Of a stretch of DNA of 64,000 nucleotides, positions 12,349 to 25,800 are shown in pieces; within the stretch, counting starts at the first letter, position 1, and every line of letters begins with the position of its first letter. A program made the position numbers and the translations under genes. Location: the NCBI GenBank assembly GCA_030141605.1, contig JAQGDQ010000036.1:1-64000 (forward strand). Reading direction: 5' to 3'. Source of the DNA: Tubiluchus corallicola. Lineage: Eukaryota > Animalia > Priapulida. The notes under the pieces were generated by a model. The model was not told the DNA's origin, did no database searches, and saw only the letters and a list, made by a program, of their open reading frames with translations.

Positions 12349-13868
12349 GATTTTCACTCAGTTGTCAGGATTTTTATTAAAAAGCACTCTACAAATGGAC
12401 GGATAATTATATCACATTAAATACACACACATGTAGAGTATGAAGCTGGGACAGAATTTTTACTTAAGCCTAAAATACATCATTTAAAGACACCAAATAT
12501 AGAAGCAATTACCAACATGATTTATACATTTTCACTCGGTCCACAATTCCGCAAGCTCAGTAATCTTTGTGTGGCTACTTTTTGGCCAACAAATTGCTTC
12601 TCATTCGGGTCAAAATTAGGTGGATCAGGTGCTGAAGAAATCAATGCACCCGGGTAGGTGTCTGCCTGGTTGACCTGTGGTGGAGATCCATCCGATGTGT
12701 TAGAAATATCCCTAGGAGACTGCACTAACCCTTTAGGTGTCTTTAGCGGTGGAAGCTGTTGCTGCTTTGATAATTCTCCATGACAACTGCAGCTGGAGTT
12801 TGTTTATTAAAATCAGTGGTATTCCAAACTTGACTTTCACTGACTCGCGAGGCAGATTTTCACTCAGTTTTCAACATTTTTATTAAAAAACACTCTACAA
12901 ATGGACGGATAAATATATCACATTAAATACACACACATGTAGAGTATGAAACTGGGACAGAATTTTTACTTAAGCCTAAAACACATCATTTAAAGACACC
13001 AAATATAGAAGCAATTACCAACACGATTTATGCATTTTCACTCGGTCCACAATTCCGCAAGCTCAGTAATATTTGTGTGGCACTTTTTGGCCAACAAATT
13101 GCTTCTCATTCGGGTCAAAATTAGGTGGATCAGGTGCTGAAGAAATCAATGCACCCGGGTAGGTGTCTGCCTGGTTGACCTGTGGTGGAGATCCATCCGA
13201 TGTGTTAGAAATATCCCTAGGAGACTGCACTAACCCTTTAGGTGTCTTTAGCGGTGGAAGCTGTTGCTGCTTTGATAATTCTCCATGACAACTGCAGCTG
13301 GAGTTTGTTTATTAAAATCAGTGGTATTCCAAACTTGACTTTCACTGACTCGCAAGGCAGATTTTCACTCAGTTTTCAACATTTTTATTAAAAAACACTC
13401 TACAAATGGACGGATAAATATATCACATTATATACACACACATGTAGAGTATGAAGCTGGGACAGAATTTTTACTTAAGCCTAAAACACATCATTTAAAG
13501 ACACCAAATATAGAAGCAATTACCAACACGATTTATACATTTTCACTCGGTCCACAATTCCGCAAGCTCAGGAATCTTTGTGTGGCTACTTTTTTGGTCA
13601 ACAAATTGCTTCTCATTCGGGTCAAAATGAGGTGGATCAGGTGCTGAAGAAATCAATGCACCCGGGTAGGTGTCTACCTGGTTGACCTGTGGTGGAGATC
13701 CATCCGATGTGTTAGAAATATCCCTAGGAGATTGCACTAACCCTTTAGGTGTCTTTAGCGGTGGAAGCTGTTGCTGCTTTGATAAGTTCTCCATGACAAC
13801 AGCAGCTGGAGTTTGTTTATTAAAATCAGTGGTATTCCAAACTTGACTTTCACTGACTCGCAAAGCAG
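12349..13868 (-). repeat. Tandem triplication (~505-508 bp unit) of the BBS4 last exon and 3'UTR
   Basis: Units start at GATTTTCACTCAG at 12349, 12855 and 13360 and are near-identical. The ORF track shows [19 protein letters not shown] repeated. Confidence 0.97.
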
Positions 13869-16800
13869 GACCAATCTTATCAGCAACATCTAGCAACTAG
13901 AAAAAATAAATTATGCTGAAGAACTCAGCAGAGTAGTAATATTCATATCTTTTCGGGCAATTGCCATTTTTTGCAAAAATTCTAATTATCTTGAATAAGC
14001 ACTTGCTACAAAAAAATCTATAAAGTTTACTTATTTTAAATCTTCTAATTAAAATCGTAACACAGTGATTTCTGAAATTAAAAACACCAAAACATATTAT
14101 AAAGAATTAAAAAAATAAAATATTAATAAAAATTAATTAATTAAAAATCTTAAGTGTAGATTGTTATGAATGATGTTACAAACCAATAAAAAAATAATTT
14201 TCGGTAACCGTACTTGAAAGACAGGAAATGCAAAAAAGTTGAAATGTGCAGCCAATACATGCCATAAACGACTAACCAACTACATTCCCCAGTCCTAAAT
14301 TCAACCTTTGTAGTCATGGCTCCTTCAAAAGTCAGGTCAGGAAGGCACATGACTTGCTTGCGTCACAACCCAGCTGTCCGCCATTTTTAGGGTAGTTGTA
14401 GTGGTAATCCCAAAGAACTCATTGACAAACAGATATATAAGACATAGTCCTCATTTGTTAAAGTCAAAGGTCTTTTGCACCTTTCAAAGTCTGTGTTGGA
14501 TATTGCAGCAACTACCGAGGCAGTATTTGGATTGACATTTGTTCAGGACTCAACTCGTAATGAAATTTTGGACACAACTTGCAAAGCAACTTCAACAAAA
14601 ATTAGTGATTCTGAAGTTTCGAAGTTTCGTGATATTTTGTGCAAAATTGTTTCCAAAATATATTCACCTGCGGCTCCATATTCAAGCAAAATCTTTAATA
14701 AGCAAACATTCGCGAAAAGATACGGCCAGTAAAAGTGCTGCTCAGCGGTAAAGTAATTTAATAATCTCAATTATAATGTTTACGTATAATGATAATTTAA
14801 TCCAACAATCACATAATCATATTTCTCGCTTGTAAAAAAAATGTTTGTTTAATGCAATGCTCCATTATTAAACATGCAGTTTATTTTTCTTACTAAATGT
14901 TTTATTATTTAAAACACTAAGTAATAATTTTGGAATTATTGAATTTTTTGAATTTTAGAACTTTGGAAGTTCTATGTAATAAAGAAAAGTTTTTAATTAA
15001 TGTAATGTTTCATTATTACACATGTATGTATTTTTCTAAAAATATATTATGTTTTATGCACTCAAAATTAAAAAAAATATTGTCTTTGAAACCTTATAAT
15101 CTTTGCGCTTGCGATGTTTGACTTGACTGAGTTTCGCAAAGTGTAACACATAGAAAAAGTGAACATTATGAAAAATAACATACATGTGACTGAAACAAGC
15201 TTTTCTATTCTTATAAATTATTTAGACACGATGGGAGGAAATAATAATAATTATGATTATTAGACAAGGTTAGCTTCATTTAGTACTGAACACAGTGATC
15301 AGAACGCATCAGACAAGATGTAATAAGCCCAAAAATGGCGGACAGCTGGGTTGTGACGCAAGCACGTCAAGTGCCTTCCCAACCTGTCTTTTGAAAAGGC
15401 CTTGCTTGTATTTGGCCAATGACATTCAACAGTACCATTGTTAGATTACTCACACAAGAACACACTTAAAATCCAGGCTGCATTCCAACATTTTCTGTCT
15501 TTCAAGTCTGGGTTTCAAAATTTAATTAATTGTGAGTTTGTAACATCAAAGTAAATTAATCTTTTAAAAAATCAATTTTTCATTGGAAAAACTCAAAACA
15601 AAGAAGCTGATAAAGTGCATAGAATAAATCTGTAATGGCTAAATATTGTCCCAAATGAAAATATGCAAAATGGAATAGAATGTAAAGGTATTTACAAGTT
15701 TTAGAATTTTTCACATTTACCTCCTTGTCGATTTCCACATTCTGTTGTTCCTGTTTTAAGGTATTTGTTCGAAATTCAAATTCCTTTAGCTGTTTTAAAG
15801 CGAGCTTCCGTTCTCCATTGTTGTAACAAAATACACAGTAGTTCAATGGAATTGACGGGTCTTTGCTAAATAACAAGAAATGAAAAAGATCATAGTGAAC
15901 AAAAAAGATGGGAATTAATTTACAATAGAAAGAATATAACAAATAATTCTTAACCATAATAACCATAATCCAAACTAGTAAAAAAATCTAAAATACCTAC
16001 AATAAAGAAATTACAAAACAATTTTACAGTACACATCTGCAAAGGCGTACAAATAACTGCCTGGCACACATTAATAATATATTTCTGCTATGCTGGACCA
16101 TGCTACGTGTTCAACTGAAAAATCAAAATTTGCATTTTGCGACTGTTTTTCATACAGACATTTTATTTCAGATCTCGTTCAAAGAAAAATGTCACTGTTA
16201 TGTTGTTATTTTTGTTCACTCATAATCATCATCATCATCATTGTGAAATCATGCAGTGGTATTAGTAGTATTATAATCATTAATATCATATTACTGCAGA
16301 AATGGCATGAAATAATAAATTAAAAATTCTGAGCCTAACATAAAAAAGCTTACTTGTCCAACAGCAGAGCCTTCTCATATGCTTGTTTAGCATTTTCAGT
16401 ATCCTCCAGCTGATTAAGTGAAACTAGAAGAAAAAAGCACTAATATGTAAAAACATACTAATTCCAATATACTTCATGCACTGCTCAAATACTGTCTCTA
16501 AACTTTGAGTTTTTAAAATACTCTTGGCTTCATATTAATTTTTACTGATCTGGCAAATGTGGAAAATGTTAGCATACATTTTACAGCTGCATTTCTAACA
16601 ATACTTTAGGTAACCTGAAAAGCAAATGACGATGCACACATTCCATAAAAACAAGATGGTAAACAATACTGACAAGCTTCAGGAAATGCTCATGACTGAA
16701 ACATTCGAGCAAACACAGTTAGAAAACCTCTGGATAAAACATACTGCAAAAATAGTAGAGCTTCTAAACTTGAATATCAAGACCTAAGTGTTTAGAAATT

Positions 16801-19800
16801 TCTTCCAGGTATGCTTGTTCGAAAAAGATTCTCTATAATATTCAAATACATGGGTTTAAATACCATGTGTGCTACATTCTTTCGAATGTTATTATGTTAC
16901 ACAAGGTGAAAAGTGTGCACATCATTAACTATTGTTGGGTAGGTAGCATTGGTCATTGAAAGCACCCAATACTAAAATTTCTTGCTTCAGACTTGTTCTA
17001 GTTTAAATTCTTTACAGAAGATGAGGTTTAGCAAAGCTCACAGAATTAAATCATAAGTAGGTAATTTAGGCATAAAATTAAGGCAGTGTGTGCTTTTAAC
17101 CACTAATGTTATTACAGAATTACAGTCAATGAAACACACAATTTCACCACATAGTGGTACAATATTTTTAAAACAGCTTCGAACACAGTTTCGCATACAT
17201 GACAAAGTTTTCAAACAACCTTCATAGCCAGAAACTAAACCCAAGGAAGTGGCGGCATCTATCAACACTAGGTTCGCACCAATTCCCTAAGCATCATGTG
17301 ATCCGTAATTCATATTTTAACACTTATTTATAATTCAATGCGAAATAAGCAACAGAGCTGCTTCCCACGAATGAGAGAAAACTACAAACTAAGAAGCATC
17401 CAAATCAGTAGTAATTTGGTGACTCACACACAAACAAATCACGTCAGTTAGAAATAATAAGCAAAGGCTGCACAACAATAAAAACAACAAAATTTTTAGA
17501 GCATATACTTACTTGCCATGAGCATATACAATTGTGCATTTGATGGCATATAATTAATAGCTGCACTAAGGAAATGAAATGCTGAAGCATATTGTTGCAT
17601 GGTAAGATGGACCAACCCTAAATTGTACAAAATTTGCCATTCAAAGGGAGCCAAGTAGTTTGCTCTTTTCAAACAGCTAATAGCCTGGAATAAAATGACA
17701 GAGAAAAACTTTAACTAACAGATTAGTCTAGCAAATATATAGGTAACAAATCCTACTTCTGAAAATAGGGACAGTTAAAATGGACAAACTTAATGCGAAT
17801 TTCTCATCTATTTGTTGTCTGTAGTCAAGCACCGAACAACACGTAATATCGTATCTTATAAACTGTTCATCAAAATGTTGATAAAGTTGCAGAAAACATA
17901 AAAAATAATATTCAGTACTTACAGCAACATATTTTTTCTTGCCAAAAAAGCACATTCCTATGTTATTCCAGAGAGGCGCACTTTCTGGTATTTCATTTGC
18001 TGCGATTCTGTATTTAGTAAGAGCAACATCAAAATCTTTATGTGTCTGCATCATACAACCTAAAATGTTACAATGCATTTCAATATGCAATACAGTGCAC
18101 CACCAATATTGACTATGACAATATTGTCATGCAGGCATATGGCTTTGGAAATTGTCGAGGAAAACCGTCTAGCAATCAAGCCGACATTTTTGAAATTTAC
18201 AACCAAAATGAATCAATTTGGATGCGGGTAAATGAAATTATGCAAAATCTAGCCTAAACAAATGTTTGCACAGTAAACTTTCCAGAACAGTTAGAATGTT
18301 AAGTATGATCTTTTAGCCTTTCAAGCTTGTTTAAAAATTTTGTTTTTTTTATTTTGCTTCGGCAATTTGCAGAACTCTGTAGCATACTTAGCTCAACTAT
18401 CAGAGGAACATCGAGTTTTGCAACTTGGTTAACTTATCTTGATGATTTAGAATGACTTTAATTAAACCCGCTCTGTGATGAAATGTATAGCTACATTCTA
18501 AAAATCCAAAAAAAATCATTTAAAGCTGCCACTGAAAGCTCAAAATGTAGTTTCAAAGCACAATATTATGCTTTTGGTATTAAAACTCCCAATAACATGT
18601 TTCATTACTAAACTGCAATTATGACATAAAAACCAAGCATCAATACAGAAAAATCTAATAAATGTTCAATTATTGACATCATTTTCAGATTACAAAATAC
18701 TGAAGTTATGTAAGTCACTGGCTCACTAAACCACATTTGCAAGTCTGGGACAAGTCTGCTCCACACTCTTCCCAGTACCTCCCTCCTCAACACACATGGC
18801 TATCCCAGGGGTGTCAGGTAAAATCACTTTCACAATGTGGACACCCTAACCAAAGTGAAGCAGTATAAAAAAAAGAAAACAGAAAAGCCTGGCTTTGAAG
18901 CTAAAAAAGTTTCTCTATAATGTTAACATTTATGTATACGCTAATAAAATAATTGTCCAACAAAAAAGAGAGGAAAAAAGGACAAGAGTACACTTGAATT
19001 ATATTTAATATGTATCCACGTTAAAAGAATATATAAAATGCAGAGGCAGAGTTCATAAAGCTACATAGAAATTTATTAACTTACCCGCAGCTAGAATACC
19101 ATCAAAGTAAGCTGGATTGTATGCTAAAGCATTTCCAAGATGCTCAAATGATTTCTGATAAGCCCGTGCTTGCAAATACAAAAGGCCCAACGTCGTAAGT
19201 AATTCTGGATTTTCCGGTGAAAATCTAAAAGGGAAAATTGCAATAACACATTAACATAATGATTTTAATTAAGGAGCTAGCCGAAAAAAGTATTTGGCTT
19301 TCCAAACATCACTTAGAGATTTGTTTTATTATAATGTATACATACATGAAGTTTTCCATTTAGAATTTTCACAGTTATGGCATAAACATATGTCCTCATA
19401 ATCTTTGATTATTATCTAGCAATAATTAAATAATCTTATTTTTGAAAGATTATATTATTAATTATTATAAATTATATAGGACTATAAGATTATTCCTCTG
19501 ATTGTGTTGTGCACATAGATGAAGTGAACTTATTCCATCAACAGATGGCGAAACTATCTCTCAACAAAATCACGGGCCTGACGGTTGCATGCAGCAATAT
19601 GCTGCATTACAAGAGTGTAATTACAGTCATCATGTTGGGAGCGGAATAGGCCACTAGCCGAAGTAGGTCAATTGGCGTACATTAGCAAGCCCAAGTAGGA
19701 TGTGTCGTACACATGGGTTAGCTCACCTAGGACGCGTCGTACATGGGCTGCCCAAATAAGACACTAGAGACAGGCCACGAATTGAGTCGTTAACCGTAAT

Positions 19801-22800
19801 GGCAGCGTGCATTGTCCTTATTTATTTAGTAATAATAACTGAAAACGTCAAAACACGTTGAATAATTAATGATACATTTGATAAAATAAAAGAATCTTAT
19901 TCTGAGCTAGTAGAACGGCCAATATTACTATATAATATAAAATTTGGCTTCGATACTAATCTTTTGAAGCGAAATAAGCCTGCTTTTTAGGCGATTCCAA
20001 CATTTGCTTAAGGTATATCATTTTTTTGTTTTGTCTTGCTTCACAGACAGGTGATCTGTTTCACTACTTCTTAAGCAAATAATTGTTTTCTACTAAGTAA
20101 ACGGGCTAGCAAGCTATGTGTTCTACATAGTTTCCCTCTTTAAAGCATTGGATACAGTTTAATGTCATGATGATGTTAATGGAGCTAATAATAATGATGA
20201 TATTATTGCAAAAAAAATACATTTGTAAATTGTCAAGGACTATCTATCATTATAATAACGTTACTTTTTTTCTAAAACAAATTTAGTTTTATTTTTTGTT
20301 ATAAACCATAATTCTCGACTCTCGACAGTGCCCTACTTGGGCTGAATATGTACGACACCGCTTTTCCGCAAATTTAGCACATGCGCTTTAACGGAAGAGT
20401 CCTACTTCGGCTACTGGCGTACACCACGCCCTACAATTATTATTCTATCGTTATCTGTAAACTACGGGGTTCACGTGTTGATAAATTATAATGTTACTGT
20501 TCTAAGCCATTAGGTAGCTATGTACTTAATTCACAGCCAACGTGACTGTGCATAATCTTAATATGGCGTTAAGTAAAATATACAAGATCTACATTGGCTG
20601 GTATGTGTTGTGCAATTTATTATTTATATGACTCTGTTATGAGGCTGATACACTTGCAGTTTAGGTGGTTCTTCTCATACAATACTACCTTCCTATATCA
20701 GTCCCACTGCCGACACTCTACCCCTTTCCCACTTCAAACCTCCCGCTCCATCGCCAAGAGTGCCAAGCTGTCCAACCCAACCTGCCACACCGCAAACTCG
20801 TCTAATTGATTGATTAACTGACTAGCTTAGCTAGCTAACTAATTAACAATGTTCGTACAGTCACCTTTTTTGTATGGTACGAAGTCTGAAATGTATGTAT
20901 GTTCCAATATTACTTATTTTATTGTATAAACCGCAACCAAGCTTTGATGGTTGCGCTTCATTTCAAAAGTGAAACAAAAGTTACAAAACAAAGCCGGTAG
21001 AGTTCCTCACTTACTGCCACACACAGACACTGCAAAGTGGTGCACATTGAGAAAATATGCGTGAAGCTTTTTTTAACGTTTCAGTAAGTTTACACTTCTT
21101 TTTTGTGAAGCTCTGTGAAGAGATTTCTTAGGCTGTGGGCGCACAGTAGTAGGTAAAGTGTATCACTTTCTGCTAACTTCCGAATGAAAATATTTCATGA
21201 AATCGCTCAATCTTAGTCCATTCTCGCGATGCTAACAGTAAGTTTTTTTGAAATTTAGGAGGTATGTTTCAACTTTTCTTTACATCAGTGTGCAGATAAA
21301 GGACGCACCTTTTTACTGTAGCCCTGCTTTCAGCAATATTTCTGATTTACGCAATTTGAGAGTGCCTTAAAAAAGAACCACCTAAGCCGCAAACTACCTC
21401 GATACGGTTATGACTTACGATAAGCCATTTTCTAGTTCTAAACTATTTGTGGTTTCAGTATTTGTAAACGTAAAGCAGACAGTTAGCTCTATTGTGTTGT
21501 CTGTTGTTAAATGCTAAAACTGCAGAACTGTTTTTGTACAAATTATATACAACACTTTTACTCTAGATCACTTAAAATTATTCTGAAAACCTCAGCCAAC
21601 AGATCACCTAAAATTGCATTTTTGTATGTTTCCAAAATTAAATTGTACTTTTTAGTATTGTACTGAACAGAATTAACAGTCTCCGTTTGTTTCAGGGCAA
21701 TTATTATTACCACAGGAATAGCTGGTTTTATTGCCACTAAAAATCAAGTAAATAATAACAGATACGAGAGAATGAAAATACGCCAACGCATAAAAAATTC
21801 TAATGTGGGAGACTATGAACCAAGTAGCCGAAGATTCTAAAAGATCAATCTTGCTACAGAGATAATCCCAAGATGGCTTCTTTAAATGTAGTTGAACTCT
21901 TGAACTACACACTGTTGATAAGCTAATACTGAGAGAAAAAATTGTACAGCATCGGCAGGATGCCAAAAAGTACACAGTATGAAAAAAGAATAACTGCAAT
22001 CGTTACTGCAGAGCTTTAACAAGTGGTAAATTGTAATAATATACCATATTATGATGTAAACACCAATGAGTCAATGACGCATAATATGAGGACCAGTGCC
22101 GGGTAGTAGCACAGCTGAGATTTGACAGCCTACTCAGTCTTTTTCATTAGCATTAGTTAACTGTTTTTTTATGAGTGGTGACCGAAAAGTAACATTAGAA
22201 CACATTATGGGCTAGTAGCTCCCGCTACATTACTTAATGAGCTTTCTTATAATATCCTGTGTTAAATGACTTACTTAATATTTTAACTTCTGAATATAGA
22301 TACTAAACTTTAAATGCAATAACTAAACTTCAAAGTTGAATTATTGTGATTCGCTTTGTCCACAAAGAGAAGTGTGTTGTAACAGGAAATAAGGGAACTA
22401 CTGGAAATGCTGCAAAAGCAATAGCTTTCCAAGGCATATCACGTGAAACAATAATAATTTTTCATTTTTGTATTCTCCTGTAATGTGGGCTAGAATAAGC
22501 AGTGTTGGGTTCAGCATAGTGATAAGCAACTCACTACTGCAGTTTGTTATATTTTCTTGGAGCAGTAAGTTAGCGAGCTACAATTTTTAAAGAATAAAAA
22601 ACAGCTTGTAGCATATTAAGATTATTAATAAGTAATATTAGCATATTACCATTAAATTAAAAGGCATGTAATGTTACAGTAACAATGGTACTTTATATAT
22701 TTTGAAAGTTTGCTTATTCAACACTTTCAAGCATAAAATGCATCATCTAACAGCTAATGTTGTTCATTTTACAAAAGTGGCACACCCTAAGTCATAAAAA

Positions 22801-25800
22801 AATGGGCTCCTCCACATTGATCACATGAATATTGTTCAGAATACTGCTATGGGATGCTCGTTGTACATATGTGACAAAATCAGCAATTAGGCCAGCTGTT
22901 CAGTTATCAGTAGAAGCTGAAGCTGGGTCAGTTGCTACTGCATCAGCTGACTCACACAATAAATCAGCTAGCTCGGTTGATTCAGCTGAGTTGGCTTAAA
23001 GAAAAAAATTGGCTAGTCAGCTAAAGCTAAGAATTTTTGTTAACTAGATAAATGATAAATTGAAGGTTAACTGTTAAATTATGGAGACAAATTTAAATAA
23101 TTAGTGTTGCTTTTACACTGAAAAAAGTGTGCAAATTCAAATAATGCATTAGACTTCAATTTTTTAATATTATAACAAAGCAATGACTTACTGCAAATAT
23201 AATTTAGTTCGAACACTTGGCAAGGCTTATCTTGATTATCGACGAATCAATACCAAAACACCAAATACACGTGACTAACGTTGCCTATTTGTGTATTTAC
23301 CAACTTTGTCATTCAAAAATTACTAGCACGTGCTGACTGTAAATCCGCAATACATTTGTCGTTTTTCAACCAGTGATTTGCAGTGTCAAGTGATTATTGC
23401 AAGAGCGAAAATCTTCACAGCCAGCATTTATGTTTATATTTATGCCAGCTATCAGCTAGCTCGACTCTCTCTGCCAGCCACTGAATGGCTGGCATGATTA
23501 AAGCTGGAGTTATAAGCCTCTAAACTGCAGGACCATTTCTTGACCTTTGTTTTGTGTTAGTCTCTGGATTTATGTGAAAAAAGTCGTAAGTAGATTCTCA
23601 CATTCTGAGAAACAATTGCTTCTCCTGCTTTTTTTAAATTAATGTTTTTTCTGTTTTTTCAGGTTATTAAGGTTTAGCTAAAGGTAGCAGATCAATCAGA
23701 AGATTTTTTTGCATTTAATGAAATATTAGTTATTTTTAATTTAACAGTTTGGTAAGGTAAAATGTAGCTGTTAGCTACAAGCTACCTACTTTTTAACAGC
23801 AGCTTATACCGAGATTAAGGACGATGAAATGGAGTGACAACTTTAATTAGTTTGCAGCCTTCTTCTATTTTTTTAATTTACCAGCTCTGTGCATTCCAAA
23901 ATATTTTGTCCATGTTTACCAGTTAACAGCAAACATGAAAAGTTTTAGCATACATGTACAATACTGGGCACGATAATAAATAGCTTTGTCGATAATTTTA
24001 CTTTGTCAGTAACTTTATACAAATACATATGTATATATATATATATATATGTATGTATATGTGTATGTATATATATGTATATATGTGTATATATATAGTT
24101 AACAACTTTGTCAATGTAAGTGACATGTTAAATTATCTTTAGAACAGCAATAATACATTGTAAGTTTGTGTCAACAGCAATTGTTATGACACTAATTTTT
24201 AAAACATAACAAAAACTGGAATCAGTTTGTTCATAAGCAAAATGCGATTATATAAAATTCATGTGATTGCATAAAATTCCAATGCATATGGTTACATTCT
24301 AGATTCATTCTTCTTGTGAAACTGCGAAAAAATTAGCAATACTTACTCTACGGCTCTTCTGTAAACATCTATTGCCATATTGACATCTGCCTCTTGAAGA
24401 AATACTTTACCAAGCATTACATAAGATTGTTCATTTCGATGCAATTGCAGCGATCTTTTGAAACACTCCTTGGCCTAAAAAGAAGTATCAGAAATGAGCT
24501 CGACATCAGAGACAGAAAATCTTACAAATGTCCTAAGTATTATAAGTTGACATCATAGTGAACTTAGCCCAGAGACAATAATAGAAGCATCTAGGATCAA
24601 GGTATAGTTGTGTATGTGTGGGTGGTCAGCAAAATTCGAAAAGTTGGACATATAATGTCAGTTTTATTAGAGTTTTAATGTACTTTCTAATACTATTGCT
24701 ATCTTCAAACATTATTTCAGTTATTGTTACACACTCGCTCACGGTATTAATTAGTAGTTTATATACACACCCAAGCATACATAAAGTTAAGTGATTTAAA
24801 ACTGTGATGATAATTTTAGCAAGATTATTTACCTTACGTTATTTATTATTCCGAAAAATTTCTTACAAACAGACTAAAAAAGGAGGCTTAATATTAAAAA
24901 CAATCAATCTGCAAAAAATCTCACCCATCTTGTCTGAAGTTGCTCCGTTACTGAAGGAAGTATTTTTGAGTATCATAAAATCTTTAAACCGTGAAGTTTT
25001 TAAGATATTTAGCACATAACATTTACTGGTTGGTGACTCGGTGGCAAGGCCAGTTGCTGAGGTAACTATGACAGTATATTTTGTTACAGCATACTTTGAG
25101 TGTACCATGGACTACATCCATTGGTATGCAAAGATTTTCCAGCCCTGCTTGACATTAAAGTATTTTAAAAATAAAAATTAGACTACATGGCGAAACTTTT
25201 TCGCTAGTATCATGAATGCCAAGTTCAAAATTTTAGGTAAAAAATGGCACTTGAGTTAATAAAAGCTGCACAGTTTAGGAAACTTACCTTAGATAAATCC
25301 TTTTGGTAGATATAACATACTCCCTGATTGTGGTACATTTTCTGTAAATTTGAAAGAAAGTGGGTTACCAGTTATGCACATTTTACATTGAAGCAAGTAA
25401 ATTGGAAAACATGTTCTCTACAACTTAAACAGTGCAGTAACCTGACAGAAATTAAGTAGCTTTACAGCACATCATTACTGTAGATGCTTTCCCTAGATAT
25501 TTAGCGTCTAGGATTTCTAATGTAATATTATATTCCTCACTGAGCAGGAAAGCTGTTGGGACACAAGTAACTCCTGCCTTGGTAATATATTTTTCTAGCA
25601 TTTTCCCAGTATGAATATTGAGTTTCGGTTGGCCTGTCTGTTAGTATTTGCCCAAAAATTTTCTCATCCATTGCCTTACAAAATATTATAGTTACCGTCC
25701 AGCTTGATTAGTGACTGTTTTATGTGTTTATTAAATTTTTGTGAAATTGTTGAAATGCCTAGTTGTTTGTTGACTGTAATATTGTAAACTTTCATAAACA

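Noticed and set aside
12522-12725. 67 aa ORF as a separate gene
   Set aside because: It is a duplicated, acceptor-less and frameshifted piece of the BBS4 last exon.
12349-13868. CRISPR-like or satellite array
   Set aside because: Units are ~506 bp whole duplicates with no short repeat and unique spacer structure, and the context is eukaryotic.
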